A DNA stretch of 64,000 nt from Takakia lepidozioides (Eukaryota > Plantae > Bryophyta), in contig CM060731.1 of the NCBI GenBank assembly GCA_030704615.1, positions 28,396,001-28,460,000 of the forward strand, read 5' to 3'. Under the pieces are notes generated by a model that had not been told where the DNA came from, searched no databases, and saw only the letters and a program-made list of their open reading frames with translations. Position numbers and translations under genes: made by a program. Numbering within the stretch: the first letter of the stretch is position 1; every line of letters begins with the position of its first letter. Positions 47,437 through 60,661 of the stretch are shown piece after piece.

Positions 47437-50400
47437 TTGGATGCCACTCCTTCTGTTTCTTTGCAAGAAAGATTAAGGGAATTGGTACAGGAAGAAGATC
47501 AATCACGAGGTGAAAGATCTGAGGTACATCCTTGGATAAAAGACTTGACAGAAATCTTTGATAAGAGTTGGCATGGAACACCAAAAGCAGGAACTCCAGT
47601 TTCTGAAGCAGAAGATGAAGAAGGAGAAGAGGATGTGGCAGAGCCAACGGAGAGTTCAGACTCTCCAACACCATTACAGTTGAGTTACATGAGTGAAGAA
47701 GAAACCCAAGGGCAGAACTTGGAGGATGAAAACAGAGAGAAGAAATTAGAAGAGGAAGAATATGAAGAAGTAGACCCAACAGCTGAGGTTGAGACTACAA
47801 CCAGGACATCCCAACCCGTTGGACCTGGATCAAGTGGAGCACTTGGATCACAGGCCAACGAAGGTGTCGGCTCAGGGGGATCAGGCGGGCTGCCTGGATC
47901 TGGCTCTGGGGGGACAGGGAGTGTGGGAAGTAGTGCAACTGAAGCTGGGAATACTGTGAATATCGTGGGACCAGAAGCAAGGAGTGTTCAAGGGCCACCA
48001 CTTGGTGGAAGATCCACCACAAAAACAACAGGTCCAGAAGGACCAGCACCAGCAAGGGTGCCAGCACCTGTCAGTGGGCAGAAGGTAGGGCCACAGATGG
48101 CGTTACAACCAACACGGGCAAAACCACCCTTTCCAATATATTCAGGAAAAGGGGATCCCGATGTACACATTAGCCAATTTGAGCACATGTGTATAGTGAA
48201 CAATGAGAATGGCAATGATGCCAAGATGAGACTGTTTCCTTGTTCACTTATCAAGAAAGCAAGTGAATGGTATGCAAGATTCCCTGATAATCATTTCCTA
48301 ACCTGGAATGGCTTGAATACAGCATTTCGAAATAGGTTCAGGACAAGTAAAACTGAGGATGAAGTGTATGGAAGTTTACAACAGCTGAAGCAGAAGAAGC
48401 ATGAAACTGTTGAAGAGTATATGGAGAAGATGGAATTGATGATGAAAAAGCTGGCTGCAGTACCAGCGCCCGGTTTACAGAAGACTTGGTTTGTGAGTGG
48501 ATTAAGACCAGAGTTGCAAAAGAAAGTGGATATGTTACCCCATAATACAGTGGAGGAGGCATTTGAAACTGCGAACAGAATTGAGCAATTGGGAATGCTC
48601 AGGAGAGAGAAAAAAGAAGATGAGGACTCTGAGGATGAGTCAGATGAAGAAGAAGAGCAAGAACTAAAAAGAAAGAGTAAGAGAAAGGAGAAGTTGAAGA
48701 GGGATAACTATGAAAAAAAATTGGAAGAAATCTTGAAGAAGTATGCCACAGAGGCTGCAACACATTGGAGGAAGGGTGTATGGTGTGCAAAGTGCCAGAA
48801 TGAAGGCCATACCACCACAGAATGCCACATGAAGGAGAAACACTGTACTATCTGTAAAATGGATAACCATTCTACTGAGAATTGTTACTACAACAGAAGG
48901 ACAGCTGCAAGAGAACCTTTGCAAGTAAGGGTGCATCAGGTGCAGCCCCAGCCAAGAAGAAATAATGATCAGGACCACTATGGTAGGTCTGGTGGTTATA
49001 ACAATGGCATGGAAGGGAGAGGTAATTCAAGAGGGAATTACCAAGGAAATTCCAGAGGCAACTATCAGGGTAATCCAAGGGGGAATTACCAGCCCGGGAA
49101 TCAGGATTATAGAAATAATCCAAGAACACACCAAGGGCGAGGACCCAATGGTGAAGAGCTATGTTACTATTGTAATCAGCCAGGACATCGCAAGGCAGCC
49201 TGTTCATTCTGGATAAGACACCAGAATGAGATGAGAGCTCCTGTGAATGAGGGCCCAGTGGTGGCAGCTCACATGGTTAGGCCATGTGTTGTACCAGAAG
49301 TAAGTACAATGATAGTAACAAGAAGTAAAGCCAAACTAATACCTCCAGTAGAAGAGGAAGAAGATGAGAATGGAAGTGGCAATGATATGCCTGAAGATGA
49401 AGAGACTTGGAAAGATGAGAAGGAACTGCACAAGGAAGTGGCAGATACTATAAGGGAAATGCAAAAGAGTACTGATATTCCTGTGGCAGATTCCTCTGAT
49501 TCGGATGGAGAAAAAGAAGGGAGTGAGGAAGAAAGGAAAAAAGAAGATGCAGACATGCAAAGTAATGAAGAGACTTTGGCTGCAGTAATATGTCAGACCA
49601 AAGCAGAAATTACCATTGGACAGCTATTAGCTGTGGCACCTTATTGTAGGCACAGGCTGTATCAGGCAATCAATCGAATTGCCCAAGAGACAGGAAACAC
49701 AGACCTGAACAGCAAGGTGACCAGTTATAATGTGAAGCCGGAAGGGCGAGAACCAGTCATGGACTTTGATGATTCTATGCCAGTAATCCAATTGAGAATT
49801 GGAAGCACAGAACTAACTGATGTACTGATAGATGGTGGTTCTGGAGTAAATATCATGACAGACCAATTAAGGAAGAAGCTTGGTCTAAGTAACATGAAAC
49901 CAGCCCCATTTACAGTAACAATGGCAGATCAAAGAAGTGTACAGCCATTGGGATTAATAAGAGGAGTTAAGATACAGATACAGAAAATGATCTTTATGAT
50001 CACAGTAACTGTATTAAAAATGGATGAAGTCATGGAGGCTTACTCCTTATTATTGGGACGTCCGTGGCTGAAACAGGCCAGGGTATTCCATGACTGGAAT
50101 TCTCAGTTACTAACTGTGCATAATGGGATGCACGAGATACAAATTACCACAAAGAAATCTAGTAGATTACCTGCTACAAGAAGACCTCGAGGAGTCAAAG
50201 AGTATGACTGGAGAGGAGGACTGGATGAGGAGCAGGAAGCTACCCTATTTGCTGCACACCCAGAATGGGAACAGGTTGCGGAGATGCGGCTGGAAAGCCT
50301 AAGTTGTTTAAGAGGTATCTGCTGTGGTGTAGTGTCGGCAACACCAATTGAAGAGGAAACCAGCAGTTACCCACCACATTTCTGTGAAGAAAAGGAGGGA

Positions 50401-53400
50401 GAGATAGAAATCCTAGAAGAACCAGCCACTGTGAGCTTAAAGGATGAAGTGGTGACTGGTTGGACAATCACAGCTGATGAGCAGGTGAGAGAAGTAAATG
50501 TGGGAACTCAGGAGGAACCGAGAATGGTGAAAGTAGGAGCTGATTTGGAGCCGGAATTCTTCGAAGAAGCTAAAAGCTTGTTCATCAAATACAGAGATGT
50601 ATTTGCTTGGAGCTATGAGGATCTAAAAGGGATACCACCTGAAGTCTGTCAGCATAAGATTGAACTGGAACCAGGGTCAGTACCAATCAAGCAGGCGAGG
50701 TATAGAATGAATCCCAACTACGCACAGAAGGTTGGAGAAGAGATAAAGAAGTTGGCTGAGGCTAAGTTTATATACCCAATAGAGTATACAACTTGGTTGT
50801 CACCCATTGTTATAGTTCCAAAGAAGAATGGCAAGCTAAGAGTATGTGTGAACTATAAGAAGCTGAATGCTTGTACGAAGAAAGATCCTTTCCCTTTGCC
50901 ATTCACAGAAGCAGTATTAGACACTGTGGCAGGCCATGAGATGTACTCATTCATGGATGGCTTCAGTGGTTATAATCAAGTGCAAGTGGCAGAAGAAGAC
51001 CAAGGGAAAACAGCTTTCATCACAGACTGGGGGGGCTTATGCATACAAAGTCATGCCCTTTGGACTTTGTAATGCACCAGCGACCTTTCAGAGAGTGATA
51101 AGTGAATCTTTTCATGAGTATCTGGATGATTTCATGCAGGTGTTTTTGGATGATTTCAGTGTGTACAGCTCTAAGAATGAGTACTTGCATAAATTGGAGT
51201 TATGCCTGGCCAGATGCAGGATGAGAGGTCTGGGCTTGAATCCAGAGAAGTGTACTTTCTGTGTGAACTCAGGGGTGCTTCTGGGACACATTGTGTGTAA
51301 GAAGGGACTTCTTGTGGATCCCAGGAAGACAGAGTCCATTAAAGTCTCTCCACCACCAGTGAATGTTAAGAGTTTAAGGAGATTCCTTGGGCAAACCAGT
51401 TATTACAGAAGATTTGTCAAAAGGTATGCACAAATAGCAGCACCATTGAGCAAGCTTCTGAAGAAAGATGCAGTGTTTGCCTGGACAGCTGAATGTCAAC
51501 AGGCGTTTGAGGAACTTACACTGTCAGTAACAACTACACCTGTGCTGATTAACCCTCACTGGCATGTAGTATTTCATGTTCACTGCGATGCATCAGGAGA
51601 AGCGTTGGGTGCGGTGTTAGCCCAGAATGTTACAGGGAATATAGATTCACCTGTGTACTATGCTAGCCGATTGATGAACAGTGCTGAGAGGAACTATAGT
51701 ACAATGGAAAGAGAAGCATTGGCAATGATTTATGCAGTCAAGAAATTCAGGCATTACCTATTGGGAAGAAAGTTTATGTTTTATGTGGATCACCAGGCTC
51801 TGATATATCTGGTGAACAAACCTTTGATAAGTGGAAGGATAGCGAGGTGGTTAATAATCTTGCATGAGTTTGAGTTCGAGGTTATTTACAAGCCTGGCCG
51901 TTTGCATCTTGTGGCAGATCATTTGTCACGACTAACAACAGGAGAGGCCGCCACAGGAGTGGACGATCAGTTACCTGATGCGAGTTTATTTGTAATGGAG
52001 GTGCAAGGAAGTGCAGATGAATGGTTAGATTGGCAGTGGCCAATCAGATACTACCTTGCTCATGGTCAGTGCCCACCTAGTTATGGTAAGGAGCAGAGGA
52101 AGAGAATTGCTATCAGAGCTTTACCTTATACTATGGTAGGAAGCAGAATGTATAAGTTAGGACCTGATGGAGTACTAAAACGATGCTTGTACCACCATGA
52201 AGTAAATAAAGTCTTGGAGGAAGTTCATAAAGGAGTGGCTGGAGGTCATTTTGGAGAAGAGACTACCAGTAGAAAGATACTACTCGCAGGATACTGGTGG
52301 CCTACTTTGTTCAAAGATGTACATGAGTATTGTCAGAAGTGTGATGAATGTCAGAGGCTAGGACCTTTGCAGAGATCTGGAAGAATGGCCTTGCATCCTA
52401 CAATGCCTACGGAACCATTTCAGAAATGGGGACTAGACTTTGTTGGACCAATTAATCCACCATCCAAGAATACACGAAACAGGTACATAATTACAGCCAC
52501 TGATTATACTACAAAGTGGGTGGAAGCTAAAGCTTTGAGGGACAACACAGCCAAGTCCACAGCAAGGTTCCTGTACGAGAACATACTTACACGATTTGGA
52601 TGTCCCTTAGAATTTATCAGTGATCAAGGAAGTCACTTCATGAATGAGACCATTGAGTTATTGACTAAAGAGTTTATGATTGTGCATAGAAAGAGTACAA
52701 CATATTACCCACAGGGTAATGGACAGGCAGAGGCTACCAACAAAATACTATGTACTATCTTGGCTAAGATAGTCAATGCAAACAGAACGGATTGGGATAC
52801 AAAGCTGCTGACAGCTTTGTGGTCATACAGGACTTCATATAAAGTCACCACTAAGTATACACCATTCCAATTAGTTTATGGTATGGAAGCCTTACTTCCA
52901 GTGGAATTCCTGTTACCTACCATGAGAACGGAGTGGGGAAAAAGAATGGAATTGCAAGACTCCATCAAGGTCAGGAAACATGAGTTATACCATGTGGAAG
53001 AAGTACGTGCTGATGCAGCTGATAATATGACAAGAATTCAGATGAAGCGAAAGGAACAGTTTGATGAAGGAAAATTAAAGACTTTTAAGACGGGGGATTT
53101 GGTTCTATGGTTGCAGAAGAAAGGAAAGATTCAAGCTTCTAAGCTCAAATCACCGTGGAAAGGACCTTATGTCATACAAAAGATGTATGATAACAACACC
53201 GCCATGTTACAAACCATTAACAAAGAAATGCTGGGAAGAGTGAATGCAAATAAGTTGAAGGGGTACAGTGGTATCCATGACAAACCCCTGCAGCATGATT
53301 TGCATATAGAACCGCAAGAACAGTCACGGGCTGCACCAGTGTTACGAACGGAGTATGGAACACTAGTTGCTAGGCCCAGCATATACGACCAGGGTGGGCA

Positions 53401-53640
53401 AAACAAACGTGACACAGCCTATCACAGCCCGCCAAGGCGCAACACAGCCTATCACAGCCCATCACGACGTGACACAGCCAACTACAGCCCGTCACGACGT
53501 GACACAGCCAACCACAGCCCATCACGACGTGACACAGCCAACCACAGCCCATCACGACGTGACACAGCCAACCACAGCCCGTCACGACGTGACACAGCCA
53601 ACCACAGCCCAGCAAGGCGCAACACAGCCTATAACAACAT
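47437..53640 (+). CDS. Gag-Pol polyprotein (gag, three zinc knuckles, PR, RT, RNase H, IN) with one +1 frameshift
   Basis: CAKCQNEGHTTTEC, CTICKMDNHSTENC, CYYCNQPGHRKAAC; LIDGGSGVN; MDGFSGYNQ, FLDD; CDASG; GGHFG..CQKCDECQR, DFVG, SDQG, QAE. The frameshift is in a G7 run at 51029-51035. Confidence 0.93.
53404..53636 (+). repeat. 30-bp tandem repeat (about 8 copies), resuming at 60662-60770 after the nested insertion
   Basis: Unit cacgacgtgacacagccaaccacagcccat encodes SPSRRDTANH in frame with the integrase tail. Confidence 0.92.
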
Positions 53641-53641
53641 A

Positions 53642-54390
53642 TGTCGCGCACCTCACTCCGGTAAGCTCCCCTTCAAGTCATAGTTACTCGCTTTGATGCG
53701 CGCGCCTGACTCCCAACCTGGCCGCCCGGGCCAACTTGGAGCTTCGGCTGCTCACCGGGACATAACGGTCCCCCCTTCGCTTCCTTCTAAACCCTCCACC
53801 TCTTTGGGACTAGGAGAGTTCCCTTTGGTAGATGGCAGTCCGGAACAGCTCCCCACTCTTTGGTCGCTTTCCGGCTCGCTCGCTTACTCACTAGTTTTTG
53901 GTCACCAACGGGCTTGCACCGTTCTCGGGGTTACTACTCCCTATATATACTTCTGTAGCTGTCCGCGGGGGTTCCACAACCAGCCATGCCATTTTATGGC
54001 GAACCACCACGAAAACCCTCGACTCCCGGTGGTGAGTCGCGGTGAGTCTTGGCCCGCTCACCACGGCCCCTATGGACCGTGATGAGTCCCAAGACTCCCC
54101 ACGACTCCCACCACGAGGTCTCCGCCCCCATGGTGAGTCCTATGCCACCCCCACTAAGTCCCACTAAGCTACCACCACCCCTTGTGGAGCCAACCCCACC
54201 GCTTGTGGAGCCACCCCCACCGCAACCCGGTGTGCGGGGCTCCACCTAGTGAGCGCCTCCGCTTCCCTGAGTGCCTTGGGCACTCAAGGGTGCCTCAGCC
54301 CCCCCATACCTATCGCTGCCGCTGCCCCCACCACAGGGGCAGCCCATGATGTGTCCCGACCCCCTGCCCTCAAGGCAAAGGGCCGCGACA
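53642..54390 (-). repeat. 3' LTR of the intact chromovirus
   Basis: TGTCGCG...CGCGACA, 749 bp, adjacent to the PPT. Confidence 0.97.
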
Positions 54391-55295
54391 CACACCCCTA
54401 CCAACAGGGAGTCGATGTCCTCATCGACTTGTCCATTTTGTAGAAACGAACATCCAAGTTGTGGCGTCCCACATCAAGGAGTTTGTTTCTGTACCATGGC
54501 GTCCCATGGCAAAGAACCAAACCCCACACTTGACTCTACTCTCCACTAGCTAGTTCGGCCGACTTCCTCCAAGTCCCGGCCAAGGGTGGAGCCTCTCCAG
54601 CTCCTCTCAGTGCACTCTTCTTGGCCTACTTCAAGGCCAAGGAACGATCCTCCCCGAGGATCGAATCGCCTTACTGCAACAACATTGCTTGCGATCGCTC
54701 ATGATGCCGCTTTTGGCATCACCTTGAGCAAGGGTTCACCTGGAACCCTCTTTGACTAGGAAGATAACCTTGAACCAACCGTGCGCCCCAATCACTACAA
54801 TTGGGTCCGCCTTGGAATGCTGGCCTGAGGTACGGGAACACGTCGAAGCCGCACTACGACTTCGTCCCGAGGTTACACGATTATAGTACGTGAACGGAAG
54901 CACGTAGCTTCCGCGTTAGCCCGCACTACAAGGCAACCCCCTCGGTAGCGCAGTTATAGTACGCGCACGCGCCAGGTGCGCACTAGCACGTGAACTCCCA
55001 AAGAAGGCGCAAGTTTCCTTGCCCCTGGGATGGGAGTCACCCGATTTCGGCACTGCGCAAACACACGATTACCCAATTTACCTCTCCCACTTTTGTAAGC
55101 TAGCATGCATTCTACACACTAGCCAAACACACCATGCATCACCATTCCAAACACAATAGGACGCATAATATTTGGAACCCATTTCCTTTATAACAAATGT
55201 TTGTACAATACAAGTTTTTGCAATCGGATTCCTGAGCTAGCTAAACCGGGCTAAGCATGCATTTCCTCCCCCACGCTCCAAGGTTGATGTCCCCA

Positions 55296-58200
55296 TCAAC
55301 GTTTCTTCCGCTTTTGAGGTCGCCCTTCGAACGCTGCAACTGCCTCGGATGCGTTTCCCATTTCTGAGGCACGCACCCAAGATGCCTCCACAAGATGATA
55401 GCCCTTCCATTTGACGAGATACTCTGTTTCTCGGTTCTTGAACCTCCTCGACTTAAGTATTGCCTCCACCTCGTACTCAGGTTCATTTTCATGATCCAAC
55501 AGCATAGGTGGCGGACGCAACACTTGCTGCCGATTCGGACGTGCTTCATCTTTGAAGTAAGGCTTCAAAAGGGAGACATGGAATACTGGGTGCACCTTGC
55601 TGTTTGCCGGCAGCTCCAATTCATACACATCCTCATTCATAACCCTCCGAATGCGAAAGGGACCCGCATACGGAGGTACGAACTTCGGACTCACTTCCGG
55701 AGGTAGTCGAAAATTCTTGATGTTCAACCAGACCTCTGTGCCTGCCTCAAACTTCACTTCCCTCCGCTTCCGATTCGCCTGCCTTTCATACCGTTTCCTA
55801 GCTTTGGCAATGTTGTACTTTGCGAGCTTCAACAAACGCTCGCGTTCTTCCAGTACCGCCGCTACTGCCGGTTCCTCAACGTCCTGGGCGGCCCAACTTG
55901 TCGGCACCAGAGGTGCTTTTCCATAGACCAACACAAAAGGGGAAACTCCCGTCGCGGAGTGTTCTGTGTTATTATAACAGAACTCTGCCGCGTCTAAGTG
56001 TTCCATCCAGTCTGATTGGTCTGCCGACACGTAATTCCGCAAGAATTGCTTCACTACGGAATTCACTCTTTCCGTTTGGCCGTCCGTCGTAGGTCGGAAG
56101 GCGGTGCTCATCTTCAGCCTCGTCCCCATCTGCTTCCAAAGTGCTCTCCAGAATTTACTCGTAAACTTTGGATCGCGGTCCGAGACAATATCCTTCGGGA
56201 CTCCATGATGCTTTAAGACGTGGGCGAAGTAAAGTCGCCCTGTCTCCTGCGCCGTTGCCGTCTCCTTGGTGGGGATGAAATGGGCCATTTTACTGAACCT
56301 ATCTACCACCACCATGATTGCATCGAATCCTTTTGACAACGGCATAGCAGTCATGAAATCCATCGAGACGCTTTCCCAAGTCCCCTCTGGAATCGGCAAG
56401 GGTTGTAACAGCCCCGCTTGCTTTTTGTACTCGCTCCGGTTTTGTTGGCATGTGGTGCATGTCTTGACATACTCCTCTGCTTCCTCCCTCAGTTTGGGCC
56501 AGAAATATTCTTTCTTCAAGAGTGCCGCAGTGCGCTTGGCTCCACCGTGGCCCGCAAGCGGGCTATCATGGCATTCTCTCAAGAGACTATCCCTGATCCC
56601 TCCCTTTGGCACATAGAGACGTTTTTGCTTATACCGGAGCAGTCCGTTTTGCAAGTGGAACTGCGATTTAACCCCCATTCTCAAGTCCTGCATCACGCAC
56701 TTTGCCAGCTCATCCTTCCGGCAAGCCTTCCGGATCTTCCTTTGGAGCGCCGTCTCGCCCTTGTACACCAACAAGAGCTGCTGCTTTCTACTTAAAGCAT
56801 CGGCCACCACATTGTCCCGTCCCGGTTTGTACTGGATATCCACGTCGAACACTGCCAAAGTATCTTGCCACCTAAGTTGTTTTGGGGACAACTTGGGCTG
56901 CGTGGCAAAATACTTCACCGTGACATTGTCCGTGAACACCTTCACTGGGTTGGAACCAACATAGTGGCGCCAGAGTTCAAGGCAATGCACCACCGCCTTC
57001 ATCTCTTTTTCGTGCGTCGGCCACCGTCGCTCCACTTCATTCAGTTTCTTACTTTCGTAAGCCACTGGACGTCCATCTTGCATAAGTACACCCCCAATTG
57101 CGAAGTCCGATGCATCTGTATGAATCTCAAACGGACGATCGAACTCCGGGATTTTCAAGACTGGAGCTTCCGTCATCCGCTGCTTCAATTCAGCAAAAGC
57201 TTGGCCACAAAATGTGTTCCATACCCAGACTTTGGATTTACACAGAAGGTCCGACAGCGGCCCCGCGATCTTGGCGAAATTTCTCACATACTTCCGGTAA
57301 TAGGAGGCGAGTCCTAGGAAGGATCGCACTCCCGGGACCGAAGTCGGAGGCTCCCAGTCCAAGATCGCCCTCACCTTTCTGTCATCCATTTTGATCCCAT
57401 CCTGTGTAATCACATGCCCCAAGAACTCCACTTTTGTGACCCCGAATTCGCACTTTGAAGCTTTGGCATACAGCTTCCCTTCTCGCAATTTTTGGAACAC
57501 CCTTTTGAGGTGCTCCAGGTGCTCCTCCTTTGTTTTTGAGTACACCAAGATGTCGTCGATGTACACGATCACAAAGTCATCCAACCACTCCTGGAAAAGG
57601 CTGTTCATCAGCGTGCTAAATGTCGCTGGTGCATTGGTGAGCCCAAAAGGCATCACCAAGAACTCATATGAACCATACCTTGTCCTGCACGCGGTCTTCT
57701 CCTCATCTCCTTCTGCCACCCGAATTTGGTGATAGCCGGAGCGCAAGTCGATCCGGCTGAAATACTTTGCTCCTGCCAACCGATCGAAGAGGTCGTCGAT
57801 CCTTGGCAAAGGGTACCGGTTTTTGATAGTCACCTTATTCAGAGCCCTGTAATCGACACACATCCGCAACGTCCCATCCTTCTTGTCTGCAAATAGCACC
57901 GGGGCTCCGTAAGGTGACTTACTCGGCCGGATGTACCCCTTTGACATTAGATCCTTGAGCTGAGTCTTCAGCTCGACCAACTCTCTGTGGCTCAACCGGT
58001 AGGGCGCCTTGGCAGGCGGTCCCGATCCCGGTATCACCTCAATCTTGTGGTCAACTCCTCTTCGCGGTGGCAAGCCGCTTGGTAAATCCTCCGGCATCAC
58101 ATCCTGGTATTTCTCCAAAATCCCCTTGATCCAATCTGGGCTCGGCTCCCCATCGCCTTCTCCTTTCACTTCTCTAATGTAAAGCAAAAACTGGGACTCG

Positions 58201-59858
58201 TGTGCCTCCTCCACGGCCCACTCCTTTGCTGATAGAAGGTTTATTCGCCCTCCCACGGATTTGGGCGTTTCCGACACTCGTAAAACCTCGCCACCATTCC
58301 CACATGGCAGCGTGACTACTCTCTTGCGGCCATCTATGACCGCTCCGGATTTGCTCAAAAAGGTCATCCCTAAAATGAGATCCACTCCATCGATCTCGCA
58401 GATAGTGAAGTTCTCACGTCCCTCCCAACTCCCCAGTTGAAGAGGAACATCAAACGCCAACCTTGTCGCCAACTGAGGTTCTCCTTTGGCAGAGCGCACC
58501 TCAATAGAGGCCCCCACGTCACTTGTCGGGAGTCCCAACTTTCGCGCCGCCACCGGCGTCATGAAGGAGTGCGACGCTCCTGTGTCCACCAACAACGACA
58601 CGTTAGTTCCGGATATTATCCCATCCACGAACAATAATTGACTCCCTTTTCGCAGGGCGCCAGTTTCCTGATACAACTCACAAGAATAGTTGCCTACCTT
58701 GCAAGTCCTGGCGACTACCGCTTCCACCAAGCGACTGATGGTATCTTCTGACAGCTCCGTGGTCGCCCGAGTCATGTTCAATTGCCGGGGCTTCGTGCAC
58801 TTCTTGGCCATGTGCCCGGGCTCCCCGCAATTGAAACACACTCCATCAAAGGTCGCCTTCTGTCCGCCATAAGCCGCTCCACCCGCTTTTCCTTTCGGAG
58901 CACCGGGTGCCGCCTTGACGTACGAAGGCCCTCCCTTCGATTTCCACATGCCATTATCGCCGTGTGGCCTATCCCACTTCTTTTCCGGTCGGAAGGAGTC
59001 ACCTTCCCGCCGGGTCTTCTTGTGGTTCAGCTCCGTACGGCCTTGTCTTTCACCCCTAGGGACATCCGAGAAACATTCAGCCCTCTCAATTGCCTCGTTC
59101 AAAGTCTTGGGTGGCTTCTCCTCCAACTTCCGCCTGGCCCATGGGGCCAGTCCCGCCACAAAGTTGAAGACCATTTCTGGTTCTGCCATGTCCGCGACTT
59201 CGAGCAACAGCACATTGAAAGCCTGGACGTACCCCCGAATGTCATCTGTTTGCTTCAAATTCCTCATCTTGTCCCGGGCAAGCCAGGACGCGTTGAGGGG
59301 CACAAACTGTCTCTTCATCAATTCCTTGAACCCACTCCAGTTCAAGGTTTCCGGGCTTGGGCCTCGGTCGTGAAGGCGTTTCTGCCACCATTGTTGAGCA
59401 TAGCCCCTCAAATAGGTGGGAGCCACTTCCACCCGATCCTCGTCACTCAACTTGGCCGCCCGGAAGTACTGCTCTAGCTCCAGGAGCCAGGTGTTGAGTG
59501 CCTTCCGGTTTCGAACGCCCTCAAAGGTGCCGGGTTCCTTAGGCTTCACCTTAAACTTTGCCTTAGTGGAAGTGGCATTAGCCGCCTTCAACACGTCTTT
59601 CAACGTCCCGCCAAACTGCGCCAACAACCCTTCCCAAAAGGCTGCCGGCATGGGAGGCATCTCTTGGTTTGTCGGAGCTCTCAAGGATTCCTCGGGCTCC
59701 GACTCCTCGGATTCCTCCCGCTCCTGAGCGGCCTCGTTTTCGGAAACATTCATCGCTTCCTCAAACGGCCGCCTCGGTGACACGTCGCCCCCATCGGGCT
59801 CACCGGGATCATCATCTTTTGGGCCGTTCCGCTTTCGCTTCGGCTTGCCCGACCCCAT
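55296..59858 (-). CDS. Chromovirus polyprotein gag-PR-RT-RH-IN-chromodomain (1520 aa from the first ATG)
   Basis: [14 protein letters not shown]; [10 protein letters not shown]; YIDD; TDASD; [14 protein letters not shown]; SDRD; chromodomain [12 protein letters not shown]...EYLVKWKGY...ASW; terminal NLS KRKKR. Confidence 0.97.
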   Translation of the reverse strand: MGSGKPKRKRNGPKDDDPGEPDGGDVSPRRPFEEAMNVSENEAAQEREESEESEPEESLRAPTNQEMPPMPAAFWEGLLAQFGGTLKDVLKAANATSTKAKFKVKPKEPGTFEGVRNRKALNTWLLELEQYFRAAKLSDEDRVEVAPTYLRGYAQQWWQKRLHDRGPSPETLNWSGFKELMKRQFVPLNASWLARDKMRNLKQTDDIRGYVQAFNVLLLEVADMAEPEMVFNFVAGLAPWARRKLEEKPPKTLNEAIERAECFSDVPRGERQGRTELNHKKTRREGDSFRPEKKWDRPHGDNGMWKSKGGPSYVKAAPGAPKGKAGGAAYGGQKATFDGVCFNCGEPGHMAKKCTKPRQLNMTRATTELSEDTISRLVEAVVARTCKVGNYSCELYQETGALRKGSQLLFVDGIISGTNVSLLVDTGASHSFMTPVAARKLGLPTSDVGASIEVRSAKGEPQLATRLAFDVPLQLGSWEGRENFTICEIDGVDLILGMTFLSKSGAVIDGRKRVVTLPCGNGGEVLRVSETPKSVGGRINLLSAKEWAVEEAHESQFLLYIREVKGEGDGEPSPDWIKGILEKYQDVMPEDLPSGLPPRRGVDHKIEVIPGSGPPAKAPYRLSHRELVELKTQLKDLMSKGYIRPSKSPYGAPVLFADKKDGTLRMCVDYRALNKVTIKNRYPLPRIDDLFDRLAGAKYFSRIDLRSGYHQIRVAEGDEEKTACRTRYGSYEFLVMPFGLTNAPATFSTLMNSLFQEWLDDFVIVYIDDILVYSKTKEEHLEHLKRVFQKLREGKLYAKASKCEFGVTKVEFLGHVITQDGIKMDDRKVRAILDWEPPTSVPGVRSFLGLASYYRKYVRNFAKIAGPLSDLLCKSKVWVWNTFCGQAFAELKQRMTEAPVLKIPEFDRPFEIHTDASDFAIGGVLMQDGRPVAYESKKLNEVERRWPTHEKEMKAVVHCLELWRHYVGSNPVKVFTDNVTVKYFATQPKLSPKQLRWQDTLAVFDVDIQYKPGRDNVVADALSRKQQLLLVYKGETALQRKIRKACRKDELAKCVMQDLRMGVKSQFHLQNGLLRYKQKRLYVPKGGIRDSLLRECHDSPLAGHGGAKRTAALLKKEYFWPKLREEAEEYVKTCTTCQQNRSEYKKQAGLLQPLPIPEGTWESVSMDFMTAMPLSKGFDAIMVVVDRFSKMAHFIPTKETATAQETGRLYFAHVLKHHGVPKDIVSDRDPKFTSKFWRALWKQMGTRLKMSTAFRPTTDGQTERVNSVVKQFLRNYVSADQSDWMEHLDAAEFCYNNTEHSATGVSPFVLVYGKAPLVPTSWAAQDVEEPAVAAVLEERERLLKLAKYNIAKARKRYERQANRKRREVKFEAGTEVWLNIKNFRLPPEVSPKFVPPYAGPFRIRRVMNEDVYELELPANSKVHPVFHVSLLKPYFKDEARPNRQQVLRPPPMLLDHENEPEYEVEAILKSRRFKNRETEYLVKWKGYHLVEASWVRASEMGNASEAVAAFEGRPQKRKKR

Positions 59859-59913
59859 GATGAGGCCAATCCCAAGGACGATCGCGTACTGAACTCTAAG
59901 CTCTGATACCAAA

Positions 59914-60661
59914 TGTCGCGCACCTCACTCCGGTAAGCTCCCCTTCAAGTCATAGTTACTCGCTTTGATGCGCGCGCCTGACTCCCAACCTGGCCGCCCG
60001 GGCCAACTTGGAGCTTCGGCTGCTCACCGGGACATAACGGTCCCCCCTTCGCTTCCTTCTAAACCCTCCACCTCTTTGGGACTAGGAGAGTTCCCTTTGG
60101 TAGATGGCAGTCCGGAACAGCTCCCCACTCTTTGGTCGCTTTCCGGCTCGCTCGCTTACTCACTAGTTTTTGGTCACCAACGGGCTTGCACCGTTCTCGG
60201 GGTTACTACTCCCTATATATACTTCTGTAGCTGTCCGCGGGGGTTCCACAACCAGCCATGCCATTTTATGGCGAACCACCACGAAAACCCTCGACTCCCG
60301 GTGGTGAGTCGCGGTGAGTCTTGGCCCGCTCACCACGGCCCCTATGGACCGTGATGAGTCCCAAGACTCCCCACGACTCCACCACGAGGTCTCCGCCCCC
60401 ATGGTGAGTCCTATGCCACCCCCACTAAGTCCCACTAAGCTACCACCACCCCTTGTGGAGCCAACCCCACCGCTTGTGGAGCCACCCCCACCGCAACCCG
60501 GTGTGCGGGGCTCCACCTAGTGAGCGCCTCCGCTTCCCTGAGTGCCTTGGGCACTCAAGGGTGCCTCAGCCCCCCCATACCTATCGCTGCCGCTGCCCCC
60601 ACCACAGGGGCAGCCCCTGATGTGTCCCGACCCCCTGCCCTCAAGGCAAAGGGCCGCGACA
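59914..60661 (-). repeat. 5' LTR of the intact chromovirus
   Basis: 748 bp, adjacent to the Met-i PBS; TATA-like TATATATAG on minus near 60212-60221. Confidence 0.97.

Larger units (their letters stand above)
53642..60661 (-). mobile_element. Intact full-length chromovirus LTR retrotransposon (7020 bp)
   Basis: LTRs at 53642-54390 and 59914-60661, differing at about 2 positions by eye. TSD ACATA at 53637-53641 and 60662-60666. PBS TGGTATCAGAGC at 59900-59911. PPT GGTAGGGGTGTG at 54391-54402. Single uninterrupted ORF. Confidence 0.98.

Noticed and set aside
54078-54100. GTGATGAGTCCCAAGAC in the chromovirus LTRs resembles a hammerhead (retrozyme) core
   Set aside because: It lacks the invariant CUGA and the following GAAA, lies antisense to the element, and is explained as an arm of the LTR hairpin.
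53693-54549. ORFs within the LTRs, repeated at 59965-60727
   Set aside because: GC-rich LTR sequence; the frames are not conserved in the older LTR copy.
59859-59912. ORF-track N-terminal extension [18 protein letters not shown], which looks like a signal peptide
   Set aside because: It starts at a TTG within the PBS; the first ATG is at 59858.
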